Shown: positions 49,974 to 60,325, counted from the stretch's first letter. The stretch: 64,000 bases of DNA from Chloroflexota bacterium (GCA_030603665.1 JAUVXJ010000003.1:85377-149376), one strand, 5' to 3'. Numbers and translations: made by a program. Notes: generated by a model from the sequence alone, not told the origin.

Positions 49974-50618
49974 TCAGGAGCCGCGCACATCGACAAACTC
50001 GACTCCCAGCTTGGCGATGCCTTCCTTCAGTTTCTTCTGGTCCACACCGGACACTCTGATCGTGACAGTCCTATCGCCAGGTTCATCCCTACCCCAAGTC
50101 ACGAGGGCCAGCACGCGCCCTCCCAGCTTGGATATCGTCTCGGTGCAGAGTGGCAACATGCCCTGTCCCTCGGGCACCTTCATGGTGATGCGCACGCCGG
50201 GCTCCCCGGCACCCAGCAACTCCAGAAACGCCTTGAAGATATCGGTCTCCGTGATGATACCAACGAGTGAGCCATCATGCAGGACCGGCAACGCACCTAT
50301 CCGATTGTCCGCCATGGTCTTCGCCGCCTCTTCAAGGGGGGTGTCCTCCGTCACCGTGAAGACGTTCTTGGTCATGATCTCCACCACTGTGAGTTTGGAC
50401 ACCAAATAGTGGATCTCATGAATGCTGAGCGACGTGGCAGGAGACGGTGAAGCGTAGAGGATGTCCTTCTCGGCCACTATCCCCACGAGCTTGCCCTTCT
50501 CGTCCACCACCGGCAGACGTCGGACCTTCTTCTCGCGCATCACTTTCAGCGCTTCGTCAATGGAGGTCTTGTTGGTGACGGTGATCGGATCACGGGTCAT
50601 TCGGCTGGCAACTAGCAT
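49974..50618 (-). CDS. CBS-pair plus ACT domain protein (AcuB-like)
   Basis: Two CBS repeats, SPATSLSIHE, GIITETDIF. Confidence 0.88.
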   Translation of the reverse strand: MLVASRMTRDPITVTNKTSIDEALKVMREKKVRRLPVVDEKGKLVGIVAEKDILYASPSPATSLSIHEIHYLVSKLTVVEIMTKNVFTVTEDTPLEEAAKTMADNRIGALPVLHDGSLVGIITETDIFKAFLELLGAGEPGVRITMKVPEGQGMLPLCTETISKLGGRVLALVTWGRDEPGDRTVTIRVSGVDQKKLKEGIAKLGVEFVDVRGS

Positions 50619-50722
50619 TAACGCACCTCCTCATGGCCGCCCTGTCAGAAGCGTCCGATTCCGGATGCAGTGTAGCATAGAATCAATTGCAACGCAATCT
50701 GCACCATCTGAACGCAGCGCCG

Positions 50723-51142
50723 CTACGAGTCCAGGAAACTCTCCTTCTTCCGATACACCACCCCGTGACACGAAGCAACCAGATCTCCGTTCTCAGTGTT
50801 AACCGTGATGTGATAGAGGGCTGTGCGTCTTCCCAGATGCTCTTCCGTAGCTTCAGCCATGAGTTTGGTGCCCGGGGCAACGGTCCTCAGATAGCTTATC
50901 TCCATGTTCAGGGCCACCGAAGTGACTCCATGGGAGTTGGCAGCTGCACCAAAGGCGGCGTCTGCCAGGGAGAAAATCGCTCCCCCGTGGGGCAGGTTGT
51001 GGAAACTCAGCATGTCGTCCCGGACCGTCATGCTCACCAGGCTGTACCCCGGCTCCACGTCCACCAACTCGATGCCCAATAAATCGGCGTAGGCATCCTG
51101 CCGCAGCTTCTGCATAGTCCTCTGCTTGGTATCTTGATCCAC
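50723..51142 (-). CDS. paaI: PaaI family hotdog thioesterase
   Basis: HGGAIFSLADAAFGAAANS. Confidence 0.85.
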   Translation of the reverse strand: MDQDTKQRTMQKLRQDAYADLLGIELVDVEPGYSLVSMTVRDDMLSFHNLPHGGAIFSLADAAFGAAANSHGVTSVALNMEISYLRTVAPGTKLMAEATEEHLGRRTALYHITVNTENGDLVASCHGVVYRKKESFLDS

Positions 51143-51325
51143 CTTCTGTCTTCACCTCCTCCATCGGCTGAAAGCATTATAGCACCCACCTTGCATCGCT
51201 CACAAAGCTGCTGGCCCGGTCCTGCGCCGGCCCATCATGATGCCCGCTCCCCTGGGCTCCAGAGTTGAGTCCGGTCCAAGCGTGGAGGGTGTGGAATTGC
51301 AGGATCGGGGTAAACAGTGGACTCA

Positions 51326-51355
51326 CCCTTCGATACAGCCTTCGGCCTACTCAGG
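51326..51355. repeat. REP-like element
   Basis: CCCTTCGATACAGCCTTCGGCCTACTCAGG, same termini as 28282 element. Confidence 0.45.
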
Positions 51356-51509
51356 ATGAGCCTTGGCAGAGGAACCTCGCAAGACAGCGAGTCTCTGCAT
51401 CTCGCCGCCTCTTTTCACACCGGCGGGGTGGTACGTTGCCCGGCCTGCTGCCCTGCGATACAATGGCGTCGGTTCCGGACAGCAATGGAGTAGGGACAAC
51501 CAGCGATCT

Positions 51510-52340
51510 ATGTTGGATGCAGAAGCCTTCAAAGCGAACGAGCGCCGAGCTTGGGATCTGTGCGCGGAGAAGTACGACGGGTACCTCACGCGAGCCTTCA
51601 TACCCTTCAGCCAGAGACTGCTTGATCTCGCGCAACTGCAGGCAGGATACCGGGTCCTGGACGTCGCCTCAGGTAGCGGACTGGCGACGTTCATGGCCGC
51701 GCAGGTTGTCAGACCGGAGGGAAGTGTGATAGGTGTGGACCTATCGGAGACCATGGTCACCCTAGCTCGGACAAGGGCGGCAGGAGAGGGTGTGGACAAC
51801 GTCGAGTTCATGCACATGGACGCCGAGGAACTGGAATTCCCCGCCGATTCCTTCGACGCCGTCCTCTGTGCTCTGGGACTGATGCTCTTCCCCCAGCCGA
51901 ACAGAGCCCTCTCCGAGATGCGCCGGGTCCTCAGAACAGGCGGAATGGCCGCTCTGTCGGTGTTCGGCAGAGGCAGCAAAGTGGCACTGCGAGCCTTGAT
52001 CGAGCCATTCATTCCCCACATGCCTCCTCTCCCTCAACGCGGACCTTCCATCTTCGGCTTCGGACGAACTGAAGTGCTGGAAGAGGCAGCACGGGCGGCC
52101 GGTTTCTCAGATGTGACAACGCATCAGGAGGCACACGTTCTGGCAGTTGACCAAGAGAAGGGCATCTGGGAGATGCTGCTTTCGCTGGGACGTCTGGCTC
52201 AGATACATTCAAGGCTTCCAGCGGAGACGCAAGCAGAACTGAGGGAGCAGGTGTTTCAGATTGCCCGGGACCAGCACTCGAACCCGCAAGGTGCCCTGGA
52301 GCTACCCTTTGAGATCACCTACGCGGTGCTGCGACCATAG
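51510..52340 (+). CDS. Class I SAM-dependent methyltransferase (UbiE-like)
   Basis: VLDVASGSG, GVDLSETM, MDAEEL, FDAV, RVLRTGG. Confidence 0.88.
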   Translation: MLDAEAFKANERRAWDLCAEKYDGYLTRAFIPFSQRLLDLAQLQAGYRVLDVASGSGLATFMAAQVVRPEGSVIGVDLSETMVTLARTRAAGEGVDNVEFMHMDAEELEFPADSFDAVLCALGLMLFPQPNRALSEMRRVLRTGGMAALSVFGRGSKVALRALIEPFIPHMPPLPQRGPSIFGFGRTEVLEEAARAAGFSDVTTHQEAHVLAVDQEKGIWEMLLSLGRLAQIHSRLPAETQAELREQVFQIARDQHSNPQGALELPFEITYAVLRP

Positions 52341-52342
52341 CA

Positions 52343-53122
52343 TCACTGGGCCCTCCCGTCACGGCATGCCAGCACGATCTGTGGCAATACCTCAGCCACG
52401 TCTCCGCGGATCACCACGTCGGCGACGGCGTCGGCCCGCGTCTCACGGTGGTCGACGATGATCAGTGCAGCGCCCTGCCTGCAGGCGGCCAAGGGCAGAT
52501 TGGCAGCGGGAACCACGGTAAGCGAGGAACCCACCACCAGCATGACATCGCATAGCTCACCCTCCAACTGGGCATCCAAGAAGACATCCAGCGGCAATTG
52601 CTCCCCCATGAGCACAGCCATGGGCTTCAGCGCACCCCCGCACTCCTGGCAGTAGGGTACTTTGCCCTCCACCATATGCCGCTGAACAAGGCCTTCAGCG
52701 GGAATGATACCCCGGCACCGCATGCACACCGCCTCTCTCAGATGACCGTGCAACTCCAGCACGCGCTTCGACCCCGCCCTCTGATGGAGGTTGTCGATGT
52801 TCTGGGTGATGACCGCCTTCAGCAGACCAGTCTCCTCAAGCTCGGCCAGCGCAAGATGAGCAGCGTTGGGCTCGGCTTCCGCGAAAAGGCGAGCTGTGGG
52901 GCGTATCCATTCGTAGAAAACCGCGGGTTCGGTGCGGAAGGTGTGGATAGAGGCCACCACCATGGGATCATCTTTGGCCCAGAGGCCTGATTCGGGGCTA
53001 CGAAAATCGGGGATGCCCGAAGGCGTGCTGATCCCGGCTCCAGTGAAGGCTACAGCGCGTTTGGCGCCTAGGATGAGCTCTACTGCCCTGCCGATGCTGT
53101 CCCCAAGGGGCACGCGTTTCAC
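52343..53122 (-). CDS. cobB: NAD-dependent protein deacylase (sirtuin)
   Basis: TGAGISTPSGIPDFRS, TQNIDNLHQRAG, ELHG, two CxxC, VGSSL. Confidence 0.92.
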   Translation of the reverse strand: MKRVPLGDSIGRAVELILGAKRAVAFTGAGISTPSGIPDFRSPESGLWAKDDPMVVASIHTFRTEPAVFYEWIRPTARLFAEAEPNAAHLALAELEETGLLKAVITQNIDNLHQRAGSKRVLELHGHLREAVCMRCRGIIPAEGLVQRHMVEGKVPYCQECGGALKPMAVLMGEQLPLDVFLDAQLEGELCDVMLVVGSSLTVVPAANLPLAACRQGAALIIVDHRETRADAVADVVIRGDVAEVLPQIVLACRDGRAQ

Positions 53123-53129
53123 ACCGCCA

Positions 53130-53828
53130 TTACAGATCGAAAAGTTGCCGCTGTTCTGACGCCGTACCCAGCTGTTCTCCGCTGGCCGCACGGTGAGCGT
53201 AGCGCGTGGTCTCGGGAAGCCTGTAGCCCTTGCAGCAACCCAACACGTACTGAATGGCCATCTCCAGGTCTGTGCGATGGCCCACGGAGACGTAGACCGG
53301 GCTCACCTTGTCGCGGGTACGAAGTACGGCGCCTAAGACATCTTCGCCGTCGTACAGGTGTACATATGAACCGGCCTCCCGTGCAGGCTCATGGTGAGTC
53401 CCACACAGACGGGATTTTGCGCACCCGATGGATGGCTTGTCCAGGATCACGCCCAGGTGGCTGGCGATGCCAAAGCGTCTTGGATGGGCGACGCCCTGAC
53501 CGTCGAAGACGAAGAGGTCGGGCTCGATATCCAGCTTCTCACAAGCGGCAAGAATGGCCGGCGCTTCCCTGAACGACAGGAGGCCGGGCACGTACGGCAT
53601 GCTTGCCGCCACCTCGGCCAGGCTTTGCTCCACAGGCTTCAGGGAAGGATAGGCGAGGACGACCACCGCCGCCCTGGCCATGTCCCCTGCCATGCCCACA
53701 TCAACGCCAGCTACACTGCGCACTTCTCCGAAGTCAGGCTCGAAGGATACTCTGTCCCGCAGGTCGAGCTGAATCTCCCTGGCCTCGGCGGTGGATACTC
53801 TCCAGGGATGAGGAGCGACGGTGTTCAT
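53130..53828 (-). CDS. nfi: Endonuclease V
   Basis: AGVDV, PYVPGLLSFRE, DGQGVAHPRRFGIASHLG, GCAKS, LPETTR. Confidence 0.95.
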   Translation of the reverse strand: MNTVAPHPWRVSTAEAREIQLDLRDRVSFEPDFGEVRSVAGVDVGMAGDMARAAVVVLAYPSLKPVEQSLAEVAASMPYVPGLLSFREAPAILAACEKLDIEPDLFVFDGQGVAHPRRFGIASHLGVILDKPSIGCAKSRLCGTHHEPAREAGSYVHLYDGEDVLGAVLRTRDKVSPVYVSVGHRTDLEMAIQYVLGCCKGYRLPETTRYAHRAASGEQLGTASEQRQLFDL

Positions 53829-53864
53829 CGGACCATTCCAGGGGCGGCTCTTACTCGGCTCCGG

Positions 53865-54824
53865 CTACTCGTTAAACATCTCCCCCACAGAGATGCCCAG
53901 GTAGATGCGCCTGATCACCTCACCCAGCAGAGGGGCGACCGAAAGGACGGTGACCTTCACATCCTTCATCTTCTCCCTCTTGTCCTCTGCGATAGGAACG
54001 GTGTTGGTCACCACCAATTCCGTGAGGCCGGATTCGTTGATGCGTTCAGGCCCAGGCTGGGAGAGCAAAGCGTGGGTCACACAGGCATAAACGTCCCTTG
54101 CGCCCTTGGACTTGAGGAACTTCGTAGCGTCGCGAACGGTGCCGGCAGTGTCTATCTCATCGTCGAAGATGATGGCGTTCTTGCCCTTGATCTCTCCAAT
54201 CAGGCTGAGAACCTCAGTCTTCTTCCCCTCTCGACGCTCCCTTCGTTTCTCGATGATGGCCAAGGGTACGCGAAGCGCCTCGGCGAAGTCACGGCCCAGC
54301 TTGGTGGCCCCCACGTCAGGCGCCACAACCACGGCGTCCTCCACACCCTTCTGGAGGAAGTAGCCGCTCAGCATGTGAAACGCAGTGATGTCGTCCACAG
54401 GAATGGTAAAGAAACCCTGGATCTGGTCTGCGTGCAGATCCATGGTCATGAAGCGCGTGGCACCCGCAACGGTAATCATGTCCGCTACCAGGCGTGCCGT
54501 TATCGGCACCCGGGGCTGATCCTTCTTGTCGGTCCGGCTGTAGCCATAATAGGTTACCACGGCCGTGATGTCCGCTGCGGAGTCGCGCCTCAACGCGTCG
54601 ATCATGATCAGTAACTCCATCAGGTTGTCGTTAACCGGTGCGCACGTGGGTTGCACGATGAACGCGTGCTGTCCTCGCACGCTCTTCTGCAGCCTCACGA
54701 ACGTGTTGTCATTGGCGAACTTGAAAACATCCGCACCCCTCAAGGGGCAGCCCAGATACTCGCAGATCTCTCGGGCCAAGTCAGGGTTTGCAGTGCCGCT
54801 GAAGACGGCCAGGTCTTCATACAT
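53865..54824 (-). CDS. prs: Ribose-phosphate pyrophosphokinase
   Basis: VNDNLMELL, DLHADQIQGFF, VVAPDVG, DDEIDTAGT. Confidence 0.95.
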   Translation of the reverse strand: MYEDLAVFSGTANPDLAREICEYLGCPLRGADVFKFANDNTFVRLQKSVRGQHAFIVQPTCAPVNDNLMELLIMIDALRRDSAADITAVVTYYGYSRTDKKDQPRVPITARLVADMITVAGATRFMTMDLHADQIQGFFTIPVDDITAFHMLSGYFLQKGVEDAVVVAPDVGATKLGRDFAEALRVPLAIIEKRRERREGKKTEVLSLIGEIKGKNAIIFDDEIDTAGTVRDATKFLKSKGARDVYACVTHALLSQPGPERINESGLTELVVTNTVPIAEDKREKMKDVKVTVLSVAPLLGEVIRRIYLGISVGEMFNE

Positions 54825-54835
54825 CGTAGGGCCTC

Positions 54836-55396
54836 CTAGTCCAGTGCCTCCCCGGCTGTTACCTCGTTGTCAAAGAACTCGCGGCGCAGAACCGCCAATT
54901 GAAGGGCATCATGATATCTCCCGTCTCGGAACAGAGCCTCGCGGGCTCGACCTTCATGGCGGAAGCCGCATTTCTCATAACAGCGGATCGCCCGCTGGTT
55001 GAAATCGAACACCGATAGATGGATACGATGCAAGTTCATCTCGCCGAAGGCAAAACGCAGCAAAGCGACAATAGCATCGCTGCCGTATCCCCTCCCCCAG
55101 TACTCTTTCTCCGCGATTACAATCCCCAGAAAGGCGCTGCGGTTCTTCCAGTCCAGGTCGCTCAGGCCGACATTGCCGATTAGCACGCTCTCCTCTGTCT
55201 CAATGCCGAAGACGCGACCGCTATCGTCCTCCATCTGCGTCTCGAACCATTCCTCTTCTTCGGCCTTGGACATCGGCAGATAGATCTTCAGATAGTGTCG
55301 CACTTCAGGATCGTTCAACCACCGCACGAAGGTGGGGATGTCTTCACGCTCGATGGCACGCAGTCGGGTCTTCTGGCCTGGGATCACGATCTGCAC
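54836..55396 (-). CDS. GNAT family N-acetyltransferase (RimJ/RimL-type)
   Basis: YWGRGYG, NQRAIRCYEKCGF. Confidence 0.9.
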   Translation of the reverse strand: MQIVIPGQKTRLRAIEREDIPTFVRWLNDPEVRHYLKIYLPMSKAEEEEWFETQMEDDSGRVFGIETEESVLIGNVGLSDLDWKNRSAFLGIVIAEKEYWGRGYGSDAIVALLRFAFGEMNLHRIHLSVFDFNQRAIRCYEKCGFRHEGRAREALFRDGRYHDALQLAVLRREFFDNEVTAGEALD

Positions 55397-56364
55397 CCCT
55401 TGCCCGTCTCTTCGGCGGTCAATCCATGAAAGAAGGAGTCCACTAGAGTATCCGCAGCCGTGTAGGGATCCAGTTGTCGTTCAGCAACTTTCCCTGCCAG
55501 GGAGTGCCAGCGATCCCCGTTGACCTGACCAAACAACCGGTCCAGCAGCTCTTGCCCCACTATTCGTCTAAGCTCCTCCTCCGCCAACCTTCTCGTGCGA
55601 GTAGCGAGATGACCGCTCTCCCTCAGGTGTGCCAGGTGCTCCTCCACTGCGTCCGCCAGGACGGTCGCTCCTTCACCTTGCAAAGCGATGGTCTTCAGGA
55701 GAGGCGGCCGCCAATCCCTCGCACCCCCGGGCTCGTCCATCTCCAGCATCATCTGCAGTGTTAGGTAAGTCTTGTCCGCGCCATCCCGGTCTGCCTTGTT
55801 GACCACTAGGATGTCCGCGATCTCGAACAACCCTGCCTTGATGGCCTGGATGTCGTCTCCCAAGCCCGGCGCATCGACCACGATCACGGTGTGGGCCGCG
55901 CTGGCGATCTCCACCTCCGATTGCCCCGCGCCCACCGTCTCCACCATGATCAAGTCACGCCCGAAAGCGTCCAGGACCTTGATGGCGTCCCCAGTAGCTC
56001 GAGCCAGGCCACCCAACTGTCCTCGGGAAGCCATGCTGCGGATGAAGATGCCGGCGTCCGTGCTGAGCTTTTGCATGCGGATACGATCGCCCAGCAACGC
56101 TCCACCACTGAAGGGGCTGGTGGGGTCGACGGCGATGATCCCCACCGTCTTACCACGCCCTCGGAACTCTTTGGCCAGTTCGTAGACCAGCGTACTCTTT
56201 CCGGTTCCGGGGGAACCGGTCACACCAACGATGTGCGCACGACCAGTGTGGGGGTAGAGAGCCGCTATCGCCTCGCGGGCAGAGAGGCCGCCATCTTCCA
56301 TCGCTGTAACAAGCTTCGCTGCGGCCCTGCGATCACCTGCCAACAGACGGTCAACCAGATCCAA
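55384..56364 (-). CDS. meaB: Methylmalonyl-CoA mutase-associated GTPase MeaB
   Basis: GSPGTGKST, AVDPTSPFSGGALLGDRIRM, ETVGAGQSE, NKAD. Confidence 0.95.
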   Translation of the reverse strand: MDLVDRLLAGDRRAAAKLVTAMEDGGLSAREAIAALYPHTGRAHIVGVTGSPGTGKSTLVYELAKEFRGRGKTVGIIAVDPTSPFSGGALLGDRIRMQKLSTDAGIFIRSMASRGQLGGLARATGDAIKVLDAFGRDLIMVETVGAGQSEVEIASAAHTVIVVDAPGLGDDIQAIKAGLFEIADILVVNKADRDGADKTYLTLQMMLEMDEPGGARDWRPPLLKTIALQGEGATVLADAVEEHLAHLRESGHLATRTRRLAEEELRRIVGQELLDRLFGQVNGDRWHSLAGKVAERQLDPYTAADTLVDSFFHGLTAEETGKGCRS

Positions 56365-56366
56365 GT

Positions 56367-56768
56367 TCAGCCCTTCTTGACGTTCTCAGTGATGAAACTT
56401 GCGATCTCCTCCGACGATGCGCCAGGCCCAAAGATACCATCTATTCCCATCTCCCTGAGGGCCACGGCGTCGTCATCGGGAATAATGCCTCCGACCAAGA
56501 ACAGGACCTCGCCCAGGTCTTTCTCCTTCGCTAGCTCCGCGACCTTGGGGATGAGAGTCATGTGAGCTCCGGAGAGAATGCTGAGTCCGATGACGTCCAC
56601 GTCTTCCTGCAAGGCGGCTGCTACTACCATCTCAGGTGTCTGTCGCAACCCAGTGTAGATGACCTCCATGCCGGCATCCCGCAGGATGCGAGCTACGACT
56701 TTGGCTCCGCGATCATGGCCATCCAAACCAGGCTTGGCTATCAACACTCGAATCTTCTTCTCCGGCAT
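56367..56768 (-). CDS. Cobalamin-binding small subunit of acyl-CoA mutase
   Basis: [29 protein letters not shown]; GGAGG RBS. Confidence 0.93.
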   Translation of the reverse strand: MPEKKIRVLIAKPGLDGHDRGAKVVARILRDAGMEVIYTGLRQTPEMVVAAALQEDVDVIGLSILSGAHMTLIPKVAELAKEKDLGEVLFLVGGIIPDDDAVALREMGIDGIFGPGASSEEIASFITENVKKG

Positions 56769-56805
56769 AGCTCCCTCCTGAGGCACCCCCGGATCGCCAC
56801 GGCCA

Positions 56806-56856
56806 ATTATACCGCATAGGATGTGACTTGCCAATCGCCACACGCTCCAATATAAT
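56806..56856. promoter_or_regulatory. Overlapping divergent sigma70 promoters sharing a -35 region
   Basis: + TTGCCA(56828)-17-TATAAT(56851); - TTGGCA(56834)-17-TATAAT(56811). Confidence 0.7.
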
Positions 56857-56863
56857 GGCGGCT

Positions 56864-57499
56864 ATGCTGAGTACTGAGAAGAAGTGGCTCGACTACTCAC
56901 TGCCCGTCATGGAGGAGATGCGGAAGGAACTGGCCGCCATAGATCCGGTCGTTCTGGCCGCCCGCACGGGCACGGAGTTCGTCAAGTCGAACGATGGCGT
57001 CGGTCAGTTCACCCTGGACTACATCGGGGAGGCATATCAACTCAGCTTCCCGGAGTTCGTGGCGCGGGCCGCGCAGACCGGAGAGGAATGCTGGGCCGGG
57101 CTGCGTTTTCTGTTCTTGTACTACTTCCACACGGCTGACGGAACGCGTCCTGCCGATCGATGGATCTCCTTTCGGGAGTTGCCAGACGGCATGTTCTATT
57201 TCCACGCGTTTCAGGGCTATTCAGGAACTCGGCTGGTGAAGGCCTTTGAGAATGACCTTGCACGCTTCAGGGAAGCCGCGTCGAAAGCGGGAGGCGAAGC
57301 ATTGTCACACGGCGACGCTGGATTCATGTTCCGTGCTCTGCCCAAGGTGCCCCTGGCCGTAGTCTACTGGGCCGGCGACGACGAGTTTGCCCCCAACGCC
57401 AACGTGCTCTTCGACGCGTCGGCTGGTCACTACCTCTCGACAGATGGGCTTGCTGTACTGGGCAGAGAACTGTGCAGCAAGATCATTCGTCTTGGCTAG
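56864..57499 (+). CDS. DUF3786 domain-containing protein
   Basis: WISFRELPDG, LPKVP, WAGDDEFAP, LFDASA. Confidence 0.85.
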   Translation: MLSTEKKWLDYSLPVMEEMRKELAAIDPVVLAARTGTEFVKSNDGVGQFTLDYIGEAYQLSFPEFVARAAQTGEECWAGLRFLFLYYFHTADGTRPADRWISFRELPDGMFYFHAFQGYSGTRLVKAFENDLARFREAASKAGGEALSHGDAGFMFRALPKVPLAVVYWAGDDEFAPNANVLFDASAGHYLSTDGLAVLGRELCSKIIRLG

Positions 57500-57517
57500 A
57501 GTCTCACCGACGAAGCG

Positions 57518-59110
57518 ATGAAGCGACATCTGTTGCGCACCCTCCTGGTGCTGCTCCTGCTCTGGCCCACGGCGCTGTACTACAGTGCTTCGTCCCAGGA
57601 TGTCGCAGACTCCCAGACTACCTCGTCTCCGGATGAGACCCCCTTGCCCCCTTACCGCCCTGGCCAGGTCCTGGTCAAGTTCCGCGCAGAGACGCCTCAG
57701 CGGGACAGGACGCAGGCGCTGGGGGATCACGATCTACCCCTTCTGGAAGAGTTGCCGGACCTGCATGTGCAGCGGGTGGCCGCGCCTGAGGGTCAAGAGC
57801 ACATGATTGTTGAAGCGCTAAACGAGGATCCCCGCGTAGAGTACGCGGAACTGGACTACGTCGTCCACGCTACCATAGTCCCCGATGATCCGGACTTGTA
57901 CCTTCAATGGGGCCTCTCGAAGATCCAGGCTCCCGCCGCCTGGGATGAGACCACCGGCAGCTCGGATCTCGTGATCGCCATCGTGGACACCGGGGTGGAT
58001 TTGAATCACCCCGACCTCAACGATAAGATCGTGCCCGGCCGAGACTTCGTCAATGACGACTACATTGCCCAAGACGACCATGGGCACGGCACCCACGTGG
58101 CCGGCATCGCCGCCGCCGAGACCAACAATTCCCGCGGAGTAGCCGGCGTCTCCTGGGGCGCTCGCATCATGCCCATCAAAGTGCTCAGGTATGATGGAGA
58201 TGGCTACTACAGCGATGTGGCGCGGGGAGTGCGGTACGCCTGCAACCACGGAGCGCAGATCATTAACCTCAGCCTTGGCGGAGCCAACCCTTCCAGCACT
58301 CTGAAAGATGCCCTGGAGCAAGCCTACGCAGACGGCTGCATCATCGTGGCCGCAGCGGGAAATAGCGGACAAGACGAGATAGACTATCCCGCCAGATACG
58401 CTGAGGCTATCGCCGTGGCCGCGACCGATCAAGTCGATGACCATGCCGCCTTCTCGGACTATGGGCCTCAGGTCGAGGTGGCAGCTCCAGGCGTTGACAT
58501 CTACAGCACCCTCTGGACCCCTAGCAGCCACACCTACGGCTGGAAGCTGGGGACCTCAATGTCCACCCCCCACGTGTCGGGTCTGGCTGCCCTCATCTTG
58601 TCCCTCTGCCCCCAATTGACCAACGCCGAGGTACGAAGCGTAATCAGAAGCACCGCGAAGGACCTGGGCGCTCCAGGATGGGATCCATATTTCGGCTTCG
58701 GTCGCATCGACGCCCCCAAGGCGATCGAAGCCGCTGGCCCCGCACCTGTCCTTGCTGTGAACCACGACCAGATGCTCTTCCTGGCGGATGCCACCCTAGG
58801 GCCTTGGGCGCAGACGCTGCTCGTGAGCAACGGTGCGCCTTGCGCTCTGCTGGATTGGACCGCCGGGGAGAGCGAAGACTGGCTTGACGCTGACCCCGAC
58901 TCGGGCCAGGCGTCCTCCTCGCAGCCGGGCGAGGTTGCGGTGTCCGTGGATGAGTCCGGCCTGTCAACGGGCACTACCTACAACACAACTCTGACCGTTG
59001 ACAGCTCGACATCAGGGGTCCAGGAGACGCCGCAGTTGGTTGACGTGAAGTTCGTCTACTCCGACACTCCCCTCATCAGAACCTTCTACCCCCTGGGTTT
59101 GGCTGACTGA
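57518..59110 (+). CDS. S8 family serine peptidase (thermitase-like) with BACON-like domain
   Basis: Signal peptide, prodomain, IVDTG, HGHGTHVAG, AAAGN, GTSMSTPHVSG. Confidence 0.93.
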   Translation: MKRHLLRTLLVLLLLWPTALYYSASSQDVADSQTTSSPDETPLPPYRPGQVLVKFRAETPQRDRTQALGDHDLPLLEELPDLHVQRVAAPEGQEHMIVEALNEDPRVEYAELDYVVHATIVPDDPDLYLQWGLSKIQAPAAWDETTGSSDLVIAIVDTGVDLNHPDLNDKIVPGRDFVNDDYIAQDDHGHGTHVAGIAAAETNNSRGVAGVSWGARIMPIKVLRYDGDGYYSDVARGVRYACNHGAQIINLSLGGANPSSTLKDALEQAYADGCIIVAAAGNSGQDEIDYPARYAEAIAVAATDQVDDHAAFSDYGPQVEVAAPGVDIYSTLWTPSSHTYGWKLGTSMSTPHVSGLAALILSLCPQLTNAEVRSVIRSTAKDLGAPGWDPYFGFGRIDAPKAIEAAGPAPVLAVNHDQMLFLADATLGPWAQTLLVSNGAPCALLDWTAGESEDWLDADPDSGQASSSQPGEVAVSVDESGLSTGTTYNTTLTVDSSTSGVQETPQLVDVKFVYSDTPLIRTFYPLGLAD

Positions 59111-59311
59111 TCGCAGCGGCCGGGGCGACTCACAGCAGAAGGCCAATCCCCAAGTGATTCCCCCAGACCGCCATTCTCCCCCTGGCCTTCCACCGCCTGA
59201 TCTCAGCAAACGTGGTCAGCACAGAGATCGGCGCTCAGGAGGTTCCCGCTCTGCTGGTGTGCACCCAGTGACCCAAAGCCGAGGTCTGAGTTCTGTGGCC
59301 TTGCGCCGGGC

Positions 59312-60061
59312 CTAAGTTAATCCAACGCCCCTGGCGGTGAGGGAATATGCCTGAAGGAAAGCATCACGTGAGGGGACGAAGCGGCTGTCGAGGATCTGCG
59401 TTGCCATGGTCGTGGCGCGGTTCTCGCAATCACGGAAGTACTGGGCCTGAGCATCGGCTGAGTGCGCCTCAGCGAAGACGTGACAGAGGCACTTCTCCTC
59501 CAGCACCGAGACGTACACGATGAAGGCCAGATGCATCTCTTCAGCGTCACCGGGAACCGGCATCTCGTGCAGCCGGCGGTAGATCTCCCTGAGCCGGTCT
59601 GCCGCGTTCTGGTCGATGCTGGCAGGGTTGCTCAAGATACCTTCTTCCTCCACGCCGACCACCAGTGGCACGAATCTGTCCAGGTAGTCCGCCACCTCCA
59701 CAGGCACGGTTGGCTGTGGCACCGGGGTGGGGCTGGAGGGCTGGGTCGCCGTTGCCGTGGGCGAAGGTGTTGACGTCGCGGTGGGCGGAATCGAAGTCCT
59801 GGTCGGAGTATCGCTTGGAATGAGGGTGGGCGTACGGGTCGCTGTCGGCTGCGGTATAGGTGACTCGGCCGGCTTCCTGGTCTCTCCCGGCAAGGCAGTG
59901 GACGTTGCCGTGGCGGTCGATGTCGGCGTGTGCAACACCAGCGCAACGGGGGTGCTGGCAGGCAAGTCCATCGCCCCCTGCAGCAGTTGGAGCAGGGCCC
60001 AGAACACGATGACCACGGCGCCCAACAGCACCAACAGCGTCAGCTTCTGACATCCACGCAT
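59312..60061 (-). CDS. Hypothetical membrane-anchored Pro/Thr-rich protein
   Basis: N-terminal TM, PT linker, helical C-terminal domain; upstream TTGACG-17-TATAAT at 60148-60120. Confidence 0.7.
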   Translation of the reverse strand: MRGCQKLTLLVLLGAVVIVFWALLQLLQGAMDLPASTPVALVLHTPTSTATATSTALPGETRKPAESPIPQPTATRTPTLIPSDTPTRTSIPPTATSTPSPTATATQPSSPTPVPQPTVPVEVADYLDRFVPLVVGVEEEGILSNPASIDQNAADRLREIYRRLHEMPVPGDAEEMHLAFIVYVSVLEEKCLCHVFAEAHSADAQAQYFRDCENRATTMATQILDSRFVPSRDAFLQAYSLTARGVGLT

Positions 60062-60296
60062 GATCTACCTCAGTGGTGGAGCAACACCCTGCAACTGCCA
60101 AAATGGACCGTTCGCAAACATTATAACGCAAGCTCAAGGGGTCGTCAACTGCCCTCTGACGTGCATTCGAGGCCGCCGTCCAGAGCCCCCCTGACGCAGT
60201 ATCTGTCGCGGGCCGCCCAACTGGAGTCCACCTCCAGGCCTGACAGGGGGTCCCGTCCACTGGTAGTCTCGATGCGTCCTCGGATCAGCCGCTCGT

Positions 60297-60325
60297 TTGT
60301 CAGAGGCATGGCCTCATGCTATAAT
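60297..60325 (+). promoter_or_regulatory. sigma70 promoter with extended -10
   Basis: TTGTCA-17-TATAAT with TGn extension. Confidence 0.7.
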
